This document shows positions 44,311 to 48,115 of a stretch of 48,115 nt of DNA, in pieces. The stretch comes from a virus (taxonomy: Duplodnaviria > Heunggongvirae > Uroviricota > Caudoviricetes), in the IMG/VR virus record IMGVR_UViG_3300010373_001364, positions 1 to 48,115 of that record, one strand, 5' to 3'. Both the position numbers and the translations under genes were made by a program. The notes beneath the pieces were generated by a model that did no database searches, was not told the DNA's origin, and worked only from the letters and a program-made list of their open reading frames with translations. The first letter of the stretch is position 1, and each line of letters starts with the position of its first letter.

Positions 44311-44334
44311 TATTTACGGTCCTGGGGCTATATA
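44311..44334. promoter_or_regulatory. Back-to-back late promoters (TAAATA minus, TATATA plus)
   Basis: TAAATA-4 nt-ATG 44306 (-); TATATA-5 nt-ATG 44340 (+). Confidence 0.55.
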
Positions 44335-44339
44335 TTCAC

Positions 44340-44555
44340 ATGAAAAGGTTCAGTGAGTGGTTTAATGATGCCGAGAAGGAACGAAAAGGTAAATTGATAG
44401 CCATGCGCAGATGGCTTTGGAATCAAGAACACGGTAGCGAGCAACAAAAGAAAGCTCCTCCGCCAATTTCTGAAGGAGATCCTGATTTCGAGTGGATCAG
44501 AAGGAAAGCCGCCCGGCTAGGCGCTCTTGACCCCAATAAGCAAGTGAATGCCTAA
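44340..44555 (+). CDS. Small putative internal head protein
   Basis: N-terminal MKRFSEWFNDAE. Confidence 0.65.
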   Translation: MKRFSEWFNDAEKERKGKLIAMRRWLWNQEHGSEQQKKAPPPISEGDPDFEWIRRKAARLGALDPNKQVNA

Positions 44556-44570
44556 ACGAGCGGCTTGACC

Positions 44571-44873
44571 TTAGTTGTCCTTTACCTCCTTCTTGTCACC
44601 TTTCGATGGACGACCCCTCTTCTTAGCTTCTTCTTGGATATGCTTGTCGATGATGTCGGCGATCTCATAAACAGCATCGGCGTTAGGGGTATTAGCGAGG
44701 ACGCGGTTCAGGTCGTTGTAGTGGTCTTGAATCAAAAGCAAAGCTTCTGCAAGATCACTACCGACACGCTCTCTGAACCTGATGGAAAGCCAGCGCAGAT
44801 CCTCGTCAGAGATTTTCTTAACGCACTCCTTTACCTGATGATCAACGGACTTCACCGTACTACGAACAGCCAT
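44571..44873 (-). CDS. Hypothetical helical protein
   Basis: aggtgg RBS; 100 aa. Confidence 0.7.
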   Translation of the reverse strand: MAVRSTVKSVDHQVKECVKKISDEDLRWLSIRFRERVGSDLAEALLLIQDHYNDLNRVLANTPNADAVYEIADIIDKHIQEEAKKRGRPSKGDKKEVKDN

Positions 44874-45230
44874 ATGTCACCACCTGCTCAAATGGTTAAC
44901 CTTGATGAGTTCGAGCGGCTCTTGCTGACCCACTGGACCTCATTTATCAACCCGCAAAGATTGATTGCATTTGTCCTAGCCAACGTGAGAGACGCCGAAT
45001 TAACAGCCCAGAAGGGAACTCTCCCTTCACAAAATAAATCCCTAAAGATCACGATTTCTCACTTCCGTGCTACCCATGACCGTACCTTTATCGTCTGGGT
45101 CGAATTCGTGATACCCAGGCTCACAGGACTTGCGGTCGGAACCTGTGAACTGAGATTCGATCCGTTGACCGGAGCCATAGAGCATCTACAGACTCTGGGC
45201 AACTTGTTATCAATTGATTCTACCAGCTAG
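44874..45230 (+). CDS. Hypothetical protein (start 44874 or 44892)
   Basis: Only the 3' part of the 44565 ORF is plausible, because the 5' part is antisense to 44571..44873. Confidence 0.6.
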   Translation: MSPPAQMVNLDEFERLLLTHWTSFINPQRLIAFVLANVRDAELTAQKGTLPSQNKSLKITISHFRATHDRTFIVWVEFVIPRLTGLAVGTCELRFDPLTGAIEHLQTLGNLLSIDSTS

Positions 45231-45237
45231 GTTAACA

Positions 45238-45702
45238 TCACTCAACTTCAGATGTGACTTCCTGCTCGCTGCTTGTATCACCACGGAAGAAGTCAAAGCC
45301 ATTATAGTTCTCTTTCTTGGCTCTGTCGGTATGATGGTTCCCCACTGGTTTATCTCTGTTGAACAAAACCATCCAACTGTAAATCTTTGATCCGCCTTTC
45401 GTGTATTCAAACAACGTCAGATTCTCAGTTCCCAGGAACATCCTGGCAACCTTGCAAACGACTGTGAATGGAATGAATGGTGCGTTTTTACATCCTATGG
45501 TCAAGACGGCGGGCTTGAGATCGCCGTGGTCTGACTCTGAGTAGTGGACGATCATAGGAATGCCATCGACAATGATCTCCCTGCTCTTTAGCCAAGAAAT
45601 GTCATCATCTTTCGGAAGCTTTGGAGGAGAGTAGGGCTGAAGAACTCTAGCCGCTGCCTTCATCTCCCGTACATGGTCTTTTGGTTTCGTAATGTAAAGC
45701 AT
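45238..45702 (-). CDS. Hypothetical protein
   Basis: aggtgg RBS; TATATA at 45730-45735 upstream. Confidence 0.7.
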   Translation of the reverse strand: MLYITKPKDHVREMKAAARVLQPYSPPKLPKDDDISWLKSREIIVDGIPMIVHYSESDHGDLKPAVLTIGCKNAPFIPFTVVCKVARMFLGTENLTLFEYTKGGSKIYSWMVLFNRDKPVGNHHTDRAKKENYNGFDFFRGDTSSEQEVTSEVE

Positions 45703-45770
45703 CTAACCACCTTCATTCCACTGCTGTATTATATAGAATGATGCCGAGGTTTTTGCCTTACGTCCTAAAA

Positions 45771-46826
45771 TCAGAAGCGGTAGTTGTCATTGTACAAAGC
45801 CTCATTGAGGTCAGTGGGTGACAAATGTTCTCTCGGATCGACAATGACACCGCTCTTTTGAAACGTCTCCATGACATCCCTTAATTCAAGGTAGGACCGC
45901 CAGCGAGGACCGTAGTCTGTGTCGGGCGTCATGTACTTATACAATCTAGCGAGCATCCAGTTGCGAGTTTGGGTCAGACCATTGCTCAACTCATACTGTC
46001 CAGGGTAGAAGCCCAGCACCCGAAGAACATCAGCCGTGTCTAGCATACAAACCCAGGACCATTGATTTCCAGGCTGGTAAGGATTGGGCAAAGGACTATT
46101 CGCCGTCATCTCGATAAAGTGAAGAATCAGACGTAACCAGTTTTTCATTAGGTAGGGGTCTTTACACCCCTCGCCCTCGATGATGCGGAACTCCAGAGTC
46201 TTCCTCTTGCCCTCCGTCCTCCTCCATTGGTCAGCATTGGCTGTGTAATACTTTACGTCACCAATCGCAGAGATGATCTCCTCTGGCTTCAGGTAAACCT
46301 CCGTGTCAAAGTTATCCCTTACGCACATAAACTGGCAGTAGCGGTTAGATTTACGCCAGGGCGGAACCATGTCGAGGAAGACTGCTTCACATTTTACCCA
46401 ATAAACAATTATGGATGCAACCTGTTCTGGCGACAAGTCTGATACGTCTACATGAACGTGAACGGAACAGCGCTGGTCCACCTGTACCTTGGGGTCTTTG
46501 CCAAAGGCGTCAACCACCTGACACACCTTGCGAATACCTCGCCAGTTGCGGTAGACTGGTGTGCAGATTTCAAGACCGCAACTGGAGTCCGGTTTTACCA
46601 CCCACCAATCGTTGTTATGGGTGTGTTCATAGACTCGCCACTCTACGTTTTCGTCCGTATGACCCTTAACCAAAGTGACAATATAGTCTGTACCCGCCGG
46701 CTTCTCCTTCTCCCCCCCTGCGGGGCGATTCTTGCCGTCGAACGCCAAAATCTCAAGCTCAACACCAAAGCGGCGGTCGGATTTGAAACTCAACGAAGGT
46801 ATTCTGTCAGTAAACGGTTCTCCCAT
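45771..46826 (-). CDS. Putative amidoligase (COOH-NH2 ligase, Amidoligase_2)
   Basis: RFGVELE, W.VKPDSS, LEICTP, CSVHVHVD, KYY..N and KTLEFR. Confidence 0.88.
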   Translation of the reverse strand: MGEPFTDRIPSLSFKSDRRFGVELEILAFDGKNRPAGGEKEKPAGTDYIVTLVKGHTDENVEWRVYEHTHNNDWWVVKPDSSCGLEICTPVYRNWRGIRKVCQVVDAFGKDPKVQVDQRCSVHVHVDVSDLSPEQVASIIVYWVKCEAVFLDMVPPWRKSNRYCQFMCVRDNFDTEVYLKPEEIISAIGDVKYYTANADQWRRTEGKRKTLEFRIIEGEGCKDPYLMKNWLRLILHFIEMTANSPLPNPYQPGNQWSWVCMLDTADVLRVLGFYPGQYELSNGLTQTRNWMLARLYKYMTPDTDYGPRWRSYLELRDVMETFQKSGVIVDPREHLSPTDLNEALYNDNYRF

Positions 46827-46899
46827 ATCGCCCCCAAGGGTTGCCTTAGTCTCAATACGATACTAGAATATGTAAAGTAACAAATCAACCGGAGTTACC

Positions 46900-47400
46900 A
46901 TGCCAAAAAGATGTCTTCTGCTTAGGTTGCCTGATAGTAGAGAAGTTTTTACTCATGAAAAACACCATCACACACTTCTCGAATTTGCCAAATCTCTTGG
47001 GGTCAAGATTCTGACCGTGGAGGCGGATTACCCCACGTTGCTCACTCCCAAGGAGATAGCCAGGACTTTCTGTGACCAAAGCCGAGAAGATTTCAACACC
47101 TGTAGCTATCGCATCATCAATCCGCAGACATCGGGTAGGATGTTGAACCAACATACTTCTTTCAGTAGTTCAGGTGCTAGGGAAAAGATGCTACAAAAGG
47201 TTTCTGATGTACGCTCGTATATAGAATCACAGTTTTTAGACGGGAACATCGTTAGGATAAAAGAATTACATCACCGCTTTCAGAAGCACAACATTGCGGT
47301 CAGTACCCTTTACCGACACCTGGCTTATGTCAAGGAGAACCTGAAAAACGAGGGTAAGCAGGTGGTCAAGGTGGCGGCGGGATGCTATCGACTTGCTTGA
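46900..47400 (+). CDS. Hypothetical protein with C-terminal winged helix
   Basis: ggag RBS; IKELHHRF...IAVSTLYRHL..V...L...G..V.KV..GCYRL. Confidence 0.65.
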   Translation: MPKRCLLLRLPDSREVFTHEKHHHTLLEFAKSLGVKILTVEADYPTLLTPKEIARTFCDQSREDFNTCSYRIINPQTSGRMLNQHTSFSSSGAREKMLQKVSDVRSYIESQFLDGNIVRIKELHHRFQKHNIAVSTLYRHLAYVKENLKNEGKQVVKVAAGCYRLA

Positions 47401-47424
47401 TCGGCAAGAATAGTTTGGTATAAT
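47397..47424 (+). promoter_or_regulatory. Sigma70-type (early) promoter
   Basis: TTGATC-16 nt-TATAAT with extended TG. Confidence 0.6.
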
Positions 47425-47454
47425 GTACTGAGGAACACAAGAGAGAAAGGCACA

Positions 47455-47844
47455 ATGAAAGCAAAAGAATGGGTAGCAAAACTACAAAACGTACCTGAGC
47501 CTGAGTCAGAGCAACCCGTCGAGGAGCGATTTGCCAGTTTCATCGATGAATACGGTAAAGAGATTGTCGATTTGGTTGAATTCCGAACCAAGTTCTCTAA
47601 ACCGGAAAGCAGGTTCTCAGCTTCGGAAGGCGCGGTCAGAGAACAGCGTGAGAAGTTCCGAGTCATCTGTAACTCGTTCCCGGCTCTGACGGGATTATTC
47701 GATCCCATTCTGGAAAAGGTATTCCCAGAGTGGAAAAAGATGCTGGAATCCCACCAGAAGCAACAACAGAAAAAGAAGGAAGAAGACGACCGCCCCAGGA
47801 AAAACAACCGTGGGCGTCAGTTTGGCAACAACAAAAGAAGGTAG
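47455..47844 (+). CDS. Hypothetical protein
   Basis: ORF downstream of a promoter; basic C-terminus. Confidence 0.7.
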   Translation: MKAKEWVAKLQNVPEPESEQPVEERFASFIDEYGKEIVDLVEFRTKFSKPESRFSASEGAVREQREKFRVICNSFPALTGLFDPILEKVFPEWKKMLESHQKQQQKKKEEDDRPRKNNRGRQFGNNKRR

Positions 47845-47848
47845 TTCC

Positions 47849-47876
47849 TTGATCGGGACTCGTTCGTTGCTATAAT
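47849..47876 (+). promoter_or_regulatory. Sigma70-type (early) promoter
   Basis: TTGATC-16 nt-TATAAT with extended TG; same architecture as 47397. Confidence 0.6.
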
Positions 47877-47895
47877 GGGAGCAGGAGGAAGGAAC

Positions 47896-48115
47896 ATGGA
47901 GCCACCTGCTCCCCGGAAGTACGACATTCTGATCACCAACCACGCGCGAGAGCGGTGGGTGGAGAGAGTAGTTGACCCCAAGCGATATGAACACTTGCAC
48001 AAGTGCCGTGGCGAAGGATGCGAACAATGCGTTACTCTGCTACATGATCTTCGGAATGCTGTAAAGATTTGCGGACGTGGGATTGATGGAAAGATAGCTG
48101 CCGCCTATCGAATCG
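47896..48115 (+). CDS. Hypothetical protein, truncated by window end
   Basis: aggagg RBS; MEPPAPRKYDILITNHARERWVERV... (T.HA.ER..ER motif); no stop before the end. Confidence 0.7.
   Translation, partial: MEPPAPRKYDILITNHARERWVERVVDPKRYEHLHKCRGEGCEQCVTLLHDLRNAVKICGRGIDGKIAAAYRI

Noticed and set aside
1-48115. Stop-codon reassignment (code 15 or 4)
   Set aside because: Conserved genes are full length in code 11; TGA and TAG end genes at sensible positions.
1-48115. tRNA, structured ncRNA, DGR or retron
   Set aside because: Intergenic gaps are short and explained by promoters, terminators or small ORFs. I saw no cloverleaf, reverse transcriptase or TR/VR pair by eye; tRNAscan and Infernal would be needed to exclude them formally.

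Overview
This is a densely coding, mixed-strand fragment of a large T4-like (myovirus, probably jumbo or huge) phage genome read in the standard genetic code. Virion genes: gp14-like neck, gp15-like tail terminator, tail sheath, two tail-tube paralogs, gp26-like hub/tail chaperone, gp4-like head-completion nuclease and GroES. Transcription and replication genes: gp55-like late sigma, DnaB/gp41 helicase, UvsY-like protein, divergent PolA, Holliday junction resolvase. Nucleotide and cofactor enzymes: ThyX, Nudix-TMK, CoaD fusion. Glycan and peptide modification enzymes: HldE, three glycosyltransferases, a glycoamylase/GH144-like enzyme, amidoligase, class II GATase, peptidase C26. I saw no tRNA, rRNA, CRISPR array, integrase or reverse transcriptase. 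Four observations stand out. (1) An operon at 19960-21239 holds four intact but internally deleted miniature copies of assembly proteins (portal clip, chaperone extension, tail tube, tail terminator), a candidate decoy or assembly-interference system. (2) A T TTT TTC -1 frameshift site extends the gp26-like gene. (3) About 11 unrelated proteins, several of them enzymes, share a T4 capsid-targeting-like N-terminus. (4) A TAnATA late-promoter motif lies 4-8 nt before many ATGs, implying leaderless late mRNAs. All family assignments come from motif recognition by eye; no database search was run.
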